From the human T2T-CHM13v2.0 reference genome, Homo sapiens: a DNA stretch of 64,000 bases. Shown here piece after piece: positions 39,801 through 54,800 of the stretch. The notes below the pieces were generated by a model, which did not search any database, had not been told where the DNA came from, and saw nothing but the letters and a program-made list of their open reading frames with translations. The stretch lies in NCBI RefSeq assembly GCF_009914755.1, contig NC_060948.1; one strand, 5' to 3'. Each line of letters opens with the position of its first letter. Within the stretch, counting starts at the first letter, position 1. A program made the translations under genes and the position numbers.

Positions 39801-42800
39801 CAACCTTTAGAGTCTGCATTGGGCCTAGGTCTCCTTGAGGTCAGACAGACAGCAGACTCTGCAACCTTTAGAGTCTGCATTGGGCCTAGGTCTAATTGCG
39901 GACAGATAGACAGCAGACTGTGCAACGTTTAGAGTCTGCATTGGGCCTAGGTCTAATTGCGGACAGATAGAGAGCAGACTATGCAACGTTTAGAGTCTGC
40001 ATTGGGCCTGGGTCTCATTGAGGACAGATAGAGAGCAGACTGTGCAACCTTTAGGGTCTCTATTGGGCCTAGGTCTCATTGAGGACAGATAGGGAGCGGA
40101 CTGTGCAACCTTTAGAGTCTGCATTGGGCCTAGGTCTCATTGAGGGCAGATAGAGAGCAGGCTCGGCAACCCTTAGAGTCTGCATTGGGCCTAGATATCA
40201 TTGAGGACAGATAGAGAGCATGCTATGCAACCTTTAGAGTCTGCACTGGGCCTAGGTCTCATTGAGGACACATAGAGAGCAGACTGTGCAACCTTTAGAG
40301 TCTGCATTGGGCCTATGTCTCATTGAGGACAGTTAGAGAGCAGACTGTGCAACCTTTAGAGTCTGCATTTGGCCTAGGTCTCATTGAGGACAGAAAGAGA
40401 CCAGAGTGTGCAAACTTTAGAGTCTGCATTGGGCCTAGGTCTCATTGAGGACAGATAGAGAGCAGACTGTAGAACCTTTATAGTCTGCATTGGGCCTAGG
40501 TCTCATTGAGGTCAGATAGAGAGCAGACTGTGCAAGCTTTAGAGTCTGCACTTGTCCTAGGTCTCATTGAGGACAGATAGAGAACAGACTGTGCAACCTT
40601 TAGAGTCTGCATTGGGCCTAGGTCTCATTGAGGGCAGTTAGAGAGCAGACTGTGCAAACTTTAGAGTCTGCATTGGGCCTAGGTCTCATTGAGAGCAGAT
40701 AGAGAGCACACTGTGCAAACTCTAGAGTCGGCATTGGGCCTAGGTCTCATTGAGGACAGATAGAGACCAGACTGTGCAAACTTTAGAGTCTGCATTGGGC
40801 CTAGGTCTCATTGAGGACAGATAGAGGGCAGACTGTGCAACCTTTAGAGTCTGCATTGGGCCTAGGTCTCATTGAGGACAGATAGAGAGCAGACTTTGCA
40901 AACTTTAGAGTCTGCACTGGGCCTAGGTCTCATTGAGGGCATATAGAGACCATACTGTGCAAACTTTAGAGTCTGCATTGGGTCTAGGTCTCACTGAGGA
41001 GAGATAGAGAGCAGACTTTGCAAACTTCAGAGTCTGCATTAGGTCTAGGTCTCACTGAGGACTGATAGAGAGCAGACTATGCAACTTTAGAGTCTGCCTG
41101 GCCCTAGGTCTCATTGAGGACAGATAGAGAGCAGACTGCGCAAACTTTAGAGTCTGCATTGGGCCTAGGTCTCACTGAGGACAGATAGAGAGCACACTGT
41201 GTAACCTTTAGAGTTTGCATAGGGCCTCGGTCTCATTGAGGACCGATAGAGAGCAGACTGTGCAACCTTTAGAGTCTGCATTGGGCCTGGGTCTCATTGA
41301 GGAAAAATAGAGAGCAGACTGTGCAACCTTTAGAGTCTGCATTGGGCCTAGGTCTCATTGAGGGCAGATAGAGAGCAGACTGTGCAACCTTTAGAGTCTG
41401 CACTAGGGCTAGGTCTCATCGAGGACAGATAGAGAGCAGACTGTGCAACATTTAGAGTCTGCATTGGACCTAGGTCTCACTGAGGACAGATAGAGAGCAG
41501 ACTATGCAAACTTTACAGTCTGCACTGGGCCTAGGTCTCATTGAGGACAGATAGAGAGCAGACTGTGCAACCTTTACAGTCTGCATTGGGCCTGGGTCTC
41601 ATTCAGGAGAGATAGAGACCAGAATGTGCAACCTTTAGAGTTTGCATTGGGCCTAGGTCTCTTGAGAGCAGATAGAGAGCAGACTGTGCAACCTTTACAG
41701 TCTGCATTGGGCCTAGGTCTCATTGAGGGCCGATAGAGAGCAGACTGTGCAAACTTTAGAGTCTGCACTGGGCCTAGGTCTGATTGAGGACACATAGAGA
41801 GCAGACTGTGCAACCTTTAGAGTCTGCATTTGGCCTAGGTCTCATTGAGGACAGATGGAGAGCACACTGTGCAACCTTTAGAGTCCGCATTGGGCCTAGG
41901 TCTCATTGAGGACAGATAGAGACCAGACTGTGCAACCTTTAGAGTTTGCATTGGGCCTAGGTCTCATTGAGGGCAGATAGAGAGCAGACTGTGCAACCTT
42001 TAGAGTCTGCATTGGGCCTAGGTCTCATTGAGGACCGATAGAGAGCAGACTGTGCAACCTTTAGACTCTGCATTGGGCCTGGGTCTCATTGAGGACAAAT
42101 AGAGAACAGACTGTGCAACCTTTAGAGTCTGCATTGGGCCTAGGTATCAGTGAGGACAGATAGAGAGGAGACTGTGCAACCTTTAGAGTCTGCACTGGGC
42201 CTAGGTCTCTTTGAGGACAGACAGAGAGCAGACTGTGCAAACTTTAGAGTCTGCACTGGGCCTAGGTGTCATTGAGGACAGATAGAGACCAGACTGTGCA
42301 ACCTTTAGAGTCTGCATTGGGCCTAGGTCTCCTTGAGGTCAGATAGACAGCAGAATCTGCAACCTTTAGAGTCTGCATTGGGCCTAGGTCTAATTGCGGA
42401 CAGATAGACAGCAGACTGTGCAACGTTTAGAGTCTGCATTGGGCCTAGGTCTAATTGCGGACAGATAGAGAGCAGACTATGCAACGTTTAGAGTCTGCAT
42501 TGGGCCTGGGTCTCATTGAGGACAGATAGAGAGCAGACTGTGCAACCTTTAGAGTCTCTATTGGGCCTAGGTCTCATTGAGGACAGATAGGGAGAGGACT
42601 GTGCAACCTTTAGAGTCTGCATTGGGCCTAGGTCTCATTGAGGGCAGATAGAGAGCAGGCTCGGGAACCCTTAGAGTCTGCATTGGGCCTAGATCTCATT
42701 GAGGACAGATAGAGAGCATACTATGCAACCTTTAGAGTCTGCACTGGGCCTAGGTCTCATTGAGGACACATAGAGAGCAGACTGTGCAAGCTTTAGAGTC

Positions 42801-45800
42801 TGCATTGGGCCTATGTCTCATTGAGGACAGTTAGAGAGCAGGCTGTGCAACCTTTACAGTCTGCATTTGGCCTAGGTCTCATTGAGGACAGAAAGAGACC
42901 AGAGTGCGCAAACTTTAGAGTCTGCATTGGGCCTAGGTCTCATTGAGGACAGATAGAGAGCAGACTGTAGAACCTTTATAGTCTGCATTGGGCCTAGGTC
43001 TCATTGAGGTCAGATAGAGAGCAGACTGTGCAAGCTTTAGAGTCTGCACTTGGCCTAGGTCTCATTGAGGACAGATAGAGAACAGACTGTGCAACCTTTA
43101 GAGTCTGCATTGGGCCTAGGTCTCATTGAGGGCAGTTAGAGAGCAGACTGTGCAACCTTTAGAGTCTGCATTGGGCCTAGGTCTCATTGAGAGCAGATAG
43201 AGAGCACACTGTGCAACCTCTAGAGTCGGCATTGGGCCTAGGTCTCATTGAGGACAGATAGAGACCAGACTGTGCAAACTTTAGAGTCTGCATTGGGCCT
43301 AGGTCTCATTGAGGACAGATAGAGGGCAGACTGTGCAACCTTTAGAGTCTGCATTGAGCCTAGGTCTCATTGAGGACAGATAGAGAGCAGACTGTGCAAC
43401 CTTTCGAGTCTGCACTGGGCCTAGGTCTCATTGAGGGCATATAGAGACCATACTGTGCAAACTTTAGAGTCTGCATTGGGTCTAGGTCTCACTGAGGAGA
43501 GATAGAGAGCAGACTTTGCAAACTTTAGAGTCTGCATTAGGTCTAGGTCTCACTGAGGACTGATAGAGAGCAGACTATGCAACTTTAGAGTCTGCACTGG
43601 CCCTAGGTCTCATTGAGGACAGATAGAGAGCAGACTGCGCAAACTTTAGAGTCTGCATTGGGTCTAGGTCTCATTGAGGACAGATAGAGAGCACACTGTG
43701 TAACCTTTAGAGTCTGCATAGAGCCTCGGTCTCATTGAGGACCGATAGAGAGCAGACTGTGCCACCTTTAGAGTCTGCATTGGGCCTGGGTCTCACTGAG
43801 GAGAAATAGAGAGCAGACTGTGCAACCTTTAGAGTCTGCATTGGGCCTAGGTCTCATTGAGGACAGATGGAGAGCAGACTGTGCAACCTTTAGAGTCTGC
43901 ATTGGGCCTAGGTCTCATTGAGGGCAGATAGAGAGCAGACTGTGCAACCTTTAGAGTCTGCATTGGGCCTAGGTCTCATTGAGAGCAGATAGAGAGCATA
44001 CTGTGCAACCTTTAGAGTCGGCATTGGGCCTAGGTCTCATTGAGGACAGATAGAGACCAGACTGTGCAACCTTTAGAGTCTGCATTGGGCCTAGGTCTCA
44101 TTGAGGACAGATAGAGAGCAGACTATGCAACCATTAGAGTCGACACTGGTCCTAGGTCTCATTGAGGACAGATATAGAGCAGACTGTGCAACCTTTAGAG
44201 TCTGCATTGTGCCTGGGTCTCATTGAGGACAGATAGAGAGCAGACTAGGCAACCATTAGAGTCGACACTGGTCCTAGGTCTAATTGAGGACAGATATAGT
44301 GCAGACTGTGCAACCTTTAGAGTCTGCATTGGGCCTGGGTCTTATTGAGGACAGATAGAGACCAGACTGTGCAACCTTTAGAGTCTGCACTGGGCCTAGG
44401 TCTCATTGAGGACAGATAGAGGGCAGACTGTGCAACCTTTAGAGTCTGCATTGGGCCTAGGTCTCATTGAGGACAGATAGAGAGCAGACTGTGCAACCTT
44501 TAGAGTCTGCACTGGGCCTAGGTCTCATTGAGGGCAGATAGAGACCATACTGTGCAACCTTTAGAATCTGCATTGGGTCTAGGTCTCACTGAGGAGAGAT
44601 AGAGAGCAGACTTTGCAAACTTTAGAGTCTGCATTGGGTCTAGGTCTCACTGAGGACTGATAGAGAGCAGACTATGCAACCTTTAGAGTCTGCACTGGCA
44701 CTAGGTCTCATTGAGGACAGATACAGAGCAGACTGCGCAAACTTTAGAGTCTGCATTGGGCCTAGGTCTCATTGAGGACAGATAGAGAGCACACTGTGTA
44801 ACCTTTAGAGTCTGCATAGGGCCTCGGTCTCTATGAGGACCGATAGAGAGCAGACTGTGCAACCTTTAGAGTCTGCATTGGGCCTGGGTCTCATTGAGGA
44901 CAAATAGAGAGCAGACTGTGCAACCTTTAGAGTCTGCATTGGGCCTAGGTCTCATTGAGGAGAGATGGAGAGCAGACTGTGCAACCTTTAGAGTCTGCAT
45001 TGGGCCTAGGTCTCATTGAGAGCAGATAGAGAGCAGAGTGTGCAACCTTTAGAGTCTGCATTGGGCCTAGGTCTCATTGAGGGCAGATAGAGACCAGACT
45101 GTGCAACCTTTAGAGTCTGCATTGGGCCTAGGTCTCATTGAGAGCAGATAGAGAGCAGACTGTGCAACCTTTAGAGTCTGCATTGAGCCTAGGTCTCATT
45201 GAGGAGAGATAGAGAGCAGACTGTGCAACCTTTAGAGTCTGCATTGGGCCTAGGTCTCATTGAGGACAGATGGAGAGCACACTGTGCAACCTTTAGAGTC
45301 CGCATTGGGCCTAGGTGTCATTGAGGACAGATAGAGACCAGACTGTGCAACCTTTAGAGTCTGCATTGGGCCTAGGTCTCCTTGAGGTCAGATAGACAGC
45401 AGACTCTGCAACCTTTAGAGTCTGCATTGGGCCTAGGTCTAATTGCGGACAGATAGACAGCAGACTGTGCAACGTTTAGAGTCTGCATTGGGCCTAGGTC
45501 TAATTGCGGACAGATAGAGAGCAGACTATGCAACGTTTAGAGTCTGCATTGGGCCTGGGTCTCATTGAGGACAGATAGAGAGCAGACTGTGCAACCTTTA
45601 GAGTCTCTATTGGGCCTAGGTCTCATTGAGGACAGATAGGGAGCGGACTGTGCAACCTTTAGAGTCTGCATTGGGCCTAGGTCTCATTGACGGCAGACAG
45701 AGAGCAGGCTCGGCAACCCTTAGAGTCTGCATTGGGCCTAGATCTCATTGAGGACAGATAGAGAGCATACTATGCAACCTTTAGAGTCTGCACTGGGCTT

Positions 45801-48800
45801 AGTTCTCATTGAGGAAACATAGAGAGCAGACTGTGCAACCTTTAGAGTCTGCATTAGGCCTATGTCTCATTGAGGACAGTTAGAGAGCAGACTGTGCTAC
45901 CTTTAGAGTCTGCATTTGGCCTAGGTCTCATTGAGTACAGAAAGAGACCAGAGTGTGCAACCTTTAGAGTCTGCATTGGGCCTGGGTCTCATTGAGGACA
46001 GATAGAGAGGAGACTGTAGAACCTTTATAGTCTGCATTGGGCCTAGGTCTCATTGAGGTCAGATAGGGAGCAGACTGGGCAAGCTTTAGAGTCTGCACTT
46101 GGCCTAGGTCTCATTGAGGACAGATAGAGAACAGACTGTGCAACCTTTAGAGTCTGCATTGGGCCTAGGTCTCATTGAGGGCAGTTAGAGAGCAGACTGT
46201 GCAACCTTTAGAGTCTGCATTGGGCCTAGGTCTCATTGAGAGCAGATAGAGAGCACACTGTGCAACCTCTAGAGTCGGCATTGGGCCTAGGTCTCATTGA
46301 GGACAGATAGAGACCAGACTGTGCAAACTTTAGAGTCTGCATTGGGCCTAGGTCTCATTGAGGACAGATACAGGGCAGACTGTGCAACCTTTAGAGTCTG
46401 CATTGGGCCTAGGTCTCATTGAGGTCAGATAGAGAGCAGACTGTGCAACCTTTAGAGTCTGCACTGGGCCTAGGTCTCATTGAGGGCAGATAGAGACCAT
46501 ACTGTGCAACCTTTAGAGTCTGCATTGGGTCTAGGTCTCACTGAGGAGAGATAGAGAGCAGACTTTGCAAACTTTAGAGTCTGCATTAGGTCTAGGTCTC
46601 ACTGAGGACTGATAGAGAGCAGATTATGCAACCTTTAGAGTCTGCACTGGCCCTAGGTCTCATTGAGGACAGATAGAGAGCAGACTGCGCAAACTTTAGA
46701 GTCTGCATTGGGCCTAGGTCTCATTGAGGACAGATAGAGAGCACACTGTGTAACCTTTAGAGTCTGCATAGGGCCTCGGTCTCATTGAGGACCGATAGAG
46801 AGCAGACTGTGCCACCTTTAGAGTCTGCATTGGGCCTGGGTCTCATTGAGGAGAAATAGAGAGCAGACTGTGCAACCTTTAGAGTCTGCATTGGGCCTAG
46901 GTCTCATTGAGGACAGATGGAGAGCAGACTGTGCAACCTTTAGAGTCTGCATTGGGCCTAGGTCTCATTGAGGGCACATAGAGAGCAGACTGTGCAACCT
47001 TTAGAGTCTGCATTGGGCCTAGGTCTCATTGAGAGAAGATAGAGAGCATACAGTGCAACCTTTAGAGTCGGCATTGGGCCTAGGTCTCATTGAGGGCACA
47101 TAGAGAGCAGACTGTGCAACCTTTAGAGTCTGCATTGGGCCTAGGTCTCATTGAGAGAAGATAGAGAGCATACAGTGCAACCTTTAGAGTCGGCATTGGG
47201 CCTAGGTCTCATTGAGGACAGATAGAGACCAGACTGTGAAACCTTTAGAGTCTGCATTGGGCCTAGGTCTCATTGAGGACAGATAGAGAGCAGAGTAGGC
47301 AACCATTAGAGTCGGCACTGGTCCTAGGTCTCATTGAGGACAGATATAGAGCAGACTGTGCAACCTTTAGAGTCTGCATTGGGCCTGGGTCTCATTGAGG
47401 ACAGATAGAGAGCAGACTGTGCAACCTTTAGAGGCTGCACTGGGCCTAGGTCTCATTGAGGACAGATAGAGGGCAGACTGTGCAACCTTTAGAGTCTGCA
47501 TTGGGCCTAGGTCTCATTGAGGACCGATAGAGAGCAGACTGTGCAACCTTTAGAGTCTGCACTGGGCCTAGGTCTCATTGAGGGCAGATAGAGACCATAC
47601 TGTGCAACCTTTAGAGTCTGCATTGGGCCTAGGTCTCACTGAGGAGAGATAGAGAGCACACTGTGTAACCTTTAGAGACTGCATAGGGCCTCGGTCTCAT
47701 TGAGGACCGATAGAGAGCAGACTGTGCCACCTTTAGAGTCTGCATTGGGCCTGGGTCTCATTGAGGACAAATAGAGAGCAGACTGTGCAACCTTTAGAGT
47801 CTGCATTGGGCCTAGGTCTCATTGAGGACAGATGGAGAGCAGACTGTGCAACCTATAGAGTCTGCATTGGGCCTAGGTCTCATTGAGGACAGATGGAAAG
47901 CAGACTGTGCAACCTTTAGAGTCTGCATTGGACCTAGGTCTCATTGAGGACAGATAGAGAGCAGACTATGCAAACTTTAGAGGCTGGACTGAGCCTAGGT
48001 CTCATTGAGGACAGATAGAGAGCAGACTGTGCAACCTTTACAGTCTGCATTGGGCCTGGGCCTCATTCAGGACAGATAGAGACCAGACTGCGCAACCTTT
48101 AGAGTCTGCATTGGGCCTAGGTCTCATTGAGAGTAGATAGAGAGCAGACTGTGCAACCTTTAGAGTCTACATTGGGCCTAGGTCTCATTGAGGGCAGATA
48201 GAGAGCAGACTGTGCAACCTTTAGAGTCTGCACTTGGCCTAGGTCTCATTGAGGACACATAGAGAGCAGACTGTGCAACCTTTAGAGTCTGCATTGGGCC
48301 TAGGTCTCATTGAGGGCAGATAGAGAGCAGACTGTGCAAACTTTAGAGTTTGCATTGGGCCTAGGTCTCATTGAGGAGAGATAGAGAGCAGACTGTGCAA
48401 CCTTTAGAGTCTGCATTGGGCCTAGGTCTCATTGAGGACAGATGGAGAGCACACTGTGCAACCTTTAGAGTCCGCATTGGGCCTAGGTCTCATTGAGGAC
48501 AGATAGAGACCAGACTGTGCAACCTTTAGTGTTTGCATTGGGCCTAGGTCTCATTGAGGGCAGATAGAGAGCAGAATGTGCAACCCTTAGAGTCTGCATT
48601 GGGCCTAGGTCTCATTGAGGACAGATAGAGAGCAGACTGTGCAACCTTTAGAGTCTGCACTGGGCCTAGGTCTCTTTGAGGACAGACAGAGAGCAGACTG
48701 TGCAAACTTTAGAGTCTGCACTGGGCCTAGGTCTCATTGAGGACACATAGAGAGCAGACTGTGCAACCTTTAGAGTCTGCATTGGGCCTATGTCTCATTG

Positions 48801-51800
48801 AGGACAGTTAGAGAGCAGACTGTGCAAACTTTAGAGTCTGCATTTGGCCTACGTCTCATTGAGGACAAAAAGAGACCAGAGTGTGCAACCTTTAGAGTCG
48901 GCATTGGGACTCGGTCTCATTGAGGACAGATAGAGAGCAGACTGTAGAACCTTCATAGTCTGCATTGGGCCTAGGTCTCATTGAGGTCAGATAGAGAGCA
49001 GACTGTGCAAGCTTTAGAGTCTGCACTTGGCCTAGGTCTCATTGAGGACAGATAGAGAGCAGACTGTGCAAACTTTAGAGTCTGCATTGGGCCTAGGTCT
49101 CATTGAGGGCAGATAGAGACCAGACTATGCAACGTTTAGAGTCTGCATTGGGCCTAGGTGTCATTGAGGGCAGTTAGAGAGCAGACTGTGCAACCTTTAG
49201 AATCTGCATTGGGCCTAGGTCTCATTGAGAGCAGATAGAGAGCACACTGTGCAAACTTTAGAGTCGGCATTGGGCCTAGGTCTCATTGAGGACAGATAGA
49301 GACCGGACTGTGCAACCTTTAGAGTCTGCATTGGGCCTAGGTCTCATTGAGGACAGATAGAGAGCACACTAGGCAACCATTAGAGTCCGCACTGGTCCTA
49401 GGTCTCATTGAGGACAGATATAGAGCAGACTGTGCAACCTTTAGAGTCTGCATTGGGCCTGGGTCTCATTGAGGACAGATAGCGACCAGACTGTACAACC
49501 TTTAGAGTCTGCATTGGGCTTAGGTCTCATTGAGGGCAGTTAGAGAGCAGACTGTGCAACCTTTAGAGTCTGCATTGGGCCTAGGTCTCATTGAGAGCAG
49601 ATAGAGAGCACACTGTGCAACCTCTAGAGTCGGCATTGGGCCTAGGTCTCATTGAGGACAGATAGAGACCAGACTGTTGAAACTTTAGAGGCTGCATTGG
49701 GCCTAGGTCTCATTGAGGACAGATAGAGGGCAGACTGTGCAACCTTTAGAGTCTGCAATGGACCTAGGTCTCATTGAGGACAGATACGGAGCAGACTGTG
49801 CAAACTTTAAAGTCTGCACTGAGCCTAGGTCTCATTGAGGGCAGATAGAGACCAGACTGTGCAACCTTTAGAGTCTGCATTGGGTCTAGGTCTCACTGAG
49901 GCGAGATAGAGAGCAGACTTTGCAAACTTTAGAGTCTCCATTGGGTCTAGGTCTCACTGAGGACTGATAGGAGCAGACTATGCAACCTTTAGAGTCTGCA
50001 CTGGCCCTAGGTCTCATTGAGGACAGATAGAGAGCAGACTGCGCAAACTTTAGAGTCTGCATTGGGCCTAGGTCTCACTGAGGACAGATAGAGAGCACAC
50101 TGTGTAACCTTTAGAGTCTGCATAGAGCCTCGGTCTCATTGAGGACAGATAGAGAGCAGACTGTGCAACCTTTAGAGTCTCTATTGGGCCTAGATCTCAT
50201 TGAGGACAGATAGGGAGCGGACTGTGCAACCTTTAGAGTCTGCATTGGGCCTAGGTCTCATTGAGGGCAGATAGAGAGCAGGCTCGGCAACCCTTAGAGT
50301 CTGCATTGGGCCTAGATCTTATTGAGGACAGATAGTGAGCATACTATGCAACCTTGAGAGTCTGCACTGGGCCTAGGTCTCATTGAGGACACATAGAGAG
50401 CAGACTGTGCAACCTTTAGAGTCTGCATTGGGCCTATGTCTCATTGAGGACAGTTAGAGAGCAGACTGTGCAACCTTTAGAGTCTGCATTTGGCCTAGGT
50501 CTCATTGAGGACAGAAAGAGACCAGAGTGTGCAACCTTTAGAGTTTGCATTGGGCCTAGGTCTCATTGAGGACAGATAGAGAGCAGACTGTAGAACCTTT
50601 ATAGTCTGCATTGGGCCTAGGTCTCATTGAGGTCAGATAGAGAGCAGACTGTGCAAGCTTTAGAGTCTACACTTGGCCTAGGTCTCATTGAGGACAGATA
50701 GAGAACAGACTGTGCAAACTTTAGAGTCTGCATTGGGCCTAGGTCTCATTGAGGGCAGTTAGAGAGCAGACTGTGCAACCTTTAGAGTCTGCATTGGGCC
50801 TAGGTCTCATTGAGAGCAGATAGAGAGCACACTGTGCAACCTCTAGAGTCGGCATTGGGCCTAGGTCTCATTGAGGACAGATAGAGACCAGACTGTGCAA
50901 ACTTTAGAGTCTGCATTGGGCCTAGGTCTCATTGAGGACAGATAGAGGGCAGACTGTGCAACGTTTAGAGTCTGCATTGGGCCTAGGTCTCATTGAGGAC
51001 AGATAGAGAGCAGACTGTGAAACCTTTAGAGTCTGCACTGGGCCTAGGTCTCATTGAGGGCAGACAGAGACCATACTGTGCAACCTTTAGAGTCTGCATT
51101 GGGTCTAGGTCTCACTGAGGAGAGATAGAGAGCAGACTTTGCAAACTTTAGAGTCTACATTAGGTCTACGTCTCACTGAGGACTGATAGAGAGCAGACTA
51201 TGCAACCTTTAGAGTCTGCACTGGCCCTAGGTCTCATTGAGGACACATAGAGAGCAGACTGCGCAAACTTTAGAGTTTGCATTGGGCCTAGGTCTCACTG
51301 AGGACAGATAGAGAGCACACTGTGTAACCTTTAGAGTCTGCGTAGGGCCTCGGTCTCATTGAGGACCGATAGAGAGCAGACTGTGCCACCTTTAGAGTCT
51401 GCATTGGGCCTGGGTCTCATGGAGGAGAAATAGAGAGCAGACTGTGCAACCTTTAGAGTCTGCATTGGGCCTAGGTCTCATTGAGGACAGATGGAGAGCA
51501 GACTGTGCAACCTTTAGAGTCTGCATTGGGTCTATGTCTCATTGAGGGCAGATAGAGACCAGACTGTGCAACCTTTAGAGTTTGCATTGGGCCTAGGTCT
51601 CATTGAGGGCAGATAGAGAGCAGACTGTGCCACCTTTAGAGTCTACATTGGGCCTAGGTCTCATTGAGGACAGATAGAGAGCAGACTGTGCAACCTTTAT
51701 AGTCTGCACTGGGCCTAGGTCTCTTTGAGGACAGACAGAGAGCAGACTGTGCAAACTTTAGAGTCTGCACTGGGCCTAGGTGTCATTGAGGACAGATAGA

Positions 51801-54800
51801 GACCAGACTGTGCAACCTTTAGAGTCTGCATTGGGCCTAGGTCTCCTTGAGGTCAGATAGGCAGCAGACTGTGCAACCTTTAGAGTCTGCATTGGGTCTA
51901 GGTCTAATTGCGGACAGATGGAGAGCAGACTATGCAAAGTTTACAGTCTGCATTGGGCCTGGGTCTCATTGAGGACAGATAGAGAGCAGACTGTGCAACC
52001 TTTAGAGTCTCTATTGGGCCTAGGTCTCATTGAGGACAGATAGAGAGCAGACTGTGCAACCTTTAGAGTCTGCATTGGGCCTAGGTCTCATTGAGGGCAG
52101 ATAGAGAGCAGGCTCGGCAACCCTTAGAGTCTGCGTTGGGCTTAGATCTCATTGAGGACAGATAGAGAGCATACTATGCAACCTTTAGAGTCTGCACTGG
52201 GCCTAGGTCTCATTGAGGACACATAGAGAGCAGACTGTGGAACCTTTAGAGTCTGCATTGGGCCTATGTCTCAATGAGGACAGTTAGAGAGCAGACTGTG
52301 CAACCTTTAGAGTCTGCATTGGGCCTAGGTCTCATTGAGGACAGATAGAGAGCAGACTGTAGAACCTTTATAGTCTGCATTGGGCCTAGGTCTCATTGAG
52401 GTCAGATAGAGAGCAGACTGTGCAAGCTTTAGAGTCTGCACTTGGCCTAGGTCTCATTGAGGACAGATAGAGAGCAGACTGTGCAACCTTTAGAGTCTGC
52501 ATTGGGCCTAGGTCTTATTGAGGGCAGATAGAGACCAGACTATGCAACGTTTAGAGTCTGCATTGGGCCTAGGTGTCATTGAGGGCAGTTAGAGAGCAGA
52601 CTGTGCAACCTTTAGAATCTGCATTGGGCCTAGGTCTCATTGAGAGCAGATAGAGAGCACACTGTGCAAACTTTAGAGTCGGCATTGGGCCTAGGTCTCA
52701 TTGAGGACAGATAGAGACCGGACTGTGCAACCTTTAGAGTCTGCATTGGGCCTAGGTCTCATTGAGGACAGATAGAGAGCACACTAGGCAACCATTAGAG
52801 TCCGCACTGGTCCTAGGTCTCATTGAGGACAGATATAGAGCAGACTGTGCAACCTTTAGAGTCTGCATTGGGCCTGGGTCTCATTGAGGACAGATAGCGA
52901 CCAGACTGTACAACCTTTAGAGTCTGCATTGGGCTTAGGTCTCATTGAGGGCAGTTAGAGAGCAGACTGTGCAACCTTTAGAGTCTGCATTGGGCCTAGG
53001 TCTCATTGAGAGCAGATAGAGAGCACACTGTGCAACCTCTAGAGTCGGCATTGGGCCTAGGTCTCATTGAGGACAGATAGAGACCAGACTGTTGAAACTT
53101 TAGAGGCTGCATTGGGCCTAGGTCTCATTGAGGACAGATAGAGGGCAGACTGTGCAACCTTTAGAGTCTGCAATGGACCTAGGTCTCATTGAGGACAGAT
53201 ACGGAGCAGACTGTGCAAACTTTAAAGTCTGCACTGAGCCTAGGTCTCATTGAGGGCAGATAGAGACCAGACTGTGCAACCTTTAGAGTCTGCATTGGGT
53301 CTAGGTCTCACTGAGGCGAGATAGAGAGCAGACTTTGCAAACTTTAGAGTCTCCATTGGGTCTAGGTCTCACTGAGGACTGATAGGAGCAGACTATGCAA
53401 CCTTTAGAGTCTGCACTGGCCCTAGGTCTCATTGAGGACAGATAGAGAGCAGACTGCGCAAACTTTAGAGTCTGCATTGGGCCTAGGTCTCACTGAGGAC
53501 AGATAGAGAGCACACTGTGTAACCTTTAGAGTCTGCATAGAGCCTCGGTCTCATTGAGGACAGATAGAGAGCAGACTGTGCAACCTTTAGAGTCTCTATT
53601 GGGCCTAGATCTCATTGAGGACAGATAGGGAGCGGACTGTGCAACCTTTAGAGTCTGCATTGGGCCTAGGTCTCATTGAGGGCAGATAGAGAGCAGGCTC
53701 GGCAACCCTTAGAGTCTGCATTGGGCCTAGATCTTATTGAGGACAGATAGTGAGCATACTATGCAACCTTGAGAGTCTGCACTGGGCCTAGGTCTCATTG
53801 AGGACACATAGAGAGCAGACTGTGCAACCTTTAGAGTCTGCATTGGGCCTATGTCTCATTGAGGACAGTTAGAGAGCAGACTGTGCAACCTTTAGAGTCT
53901 GCATTTGGCCTAGGTCTCATTGAGGACAGAAAGAGACCAGAGTGTGCAACCTTTAGAGTTTGCATTGGGCCTAGGTCTCATTGAGGACAGATAGAGAGCA
54001 GACTGTAGAACCTTTATAGTCTGCATTGGGCCTAGGTCTCATTGAGGTCAGATAGAGAGCAGACTGTGCAAGCTTTAGAGTCTACACTTGGCCTAGGTCT
54101 CATTGAGGACAGATAGAGAACAGACTGTGCAAACTTTAGAGTCTGCATTGGGCCTAGGTCTCATTGAGGGCAGTTAGAGAGCAGACTGTGCAACCTTTAG
54201 AGTCTGCATTGGGCCTAGGTCTCATTGAGAGCAGATAGAGAGCACACTGTGCAACCTCTAGAGTCGGCATTGGGCCTAGGTCTCATTGAGGACAGATAGA
54301 GACCAGACTGTGCAAACTTTAGAGTCTGCATTGGGCCTAGGTCTCATTGAGGACAGATAGAGGGCAGACTGTGCAACGTTTAGAGTCTGCATTGGGCCTA
54401 GGTCTCATTGAGGACAGATAGAGAGCAGACTGTGAAACCTTTAGAGTCTGCACTGGGCCTAGGTCTCATTGAGGGCAGACAGAGACCATACTGTGCAACC
54501 TTTAGAGTCTGCATTGGGTCTAGGTCTCACTGAGGAGAGATAGAGAGCAGACTTTGCAAACTTTAGAGTCTACATTAGGTCTACGTCTCACTGAGGACTG
54601 ATAGAGAGCAGACTATGCAACCTTTAGAGTCTGCACTGGCCCTAGGTCTCATTGAGGACACATAGAGAGCAGACTGCGCAAACTTTAGAGTTTGCATTGG
54701 GCCTAGGTCTCACTGAGGACAGATAGAGAGCACACTGTGTAACCTTTAGAGTCTGCGTAGGGCCTCGGTCTCATTGAGGACCGATAGAGAGCAGACTGTG

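Noticed and set aside
27491-41813. Three near-identical 79-aa ORFs in the array
   Set aside because: Chance stop-free runs in variant monomers; useful only as higher-order repeat markers.
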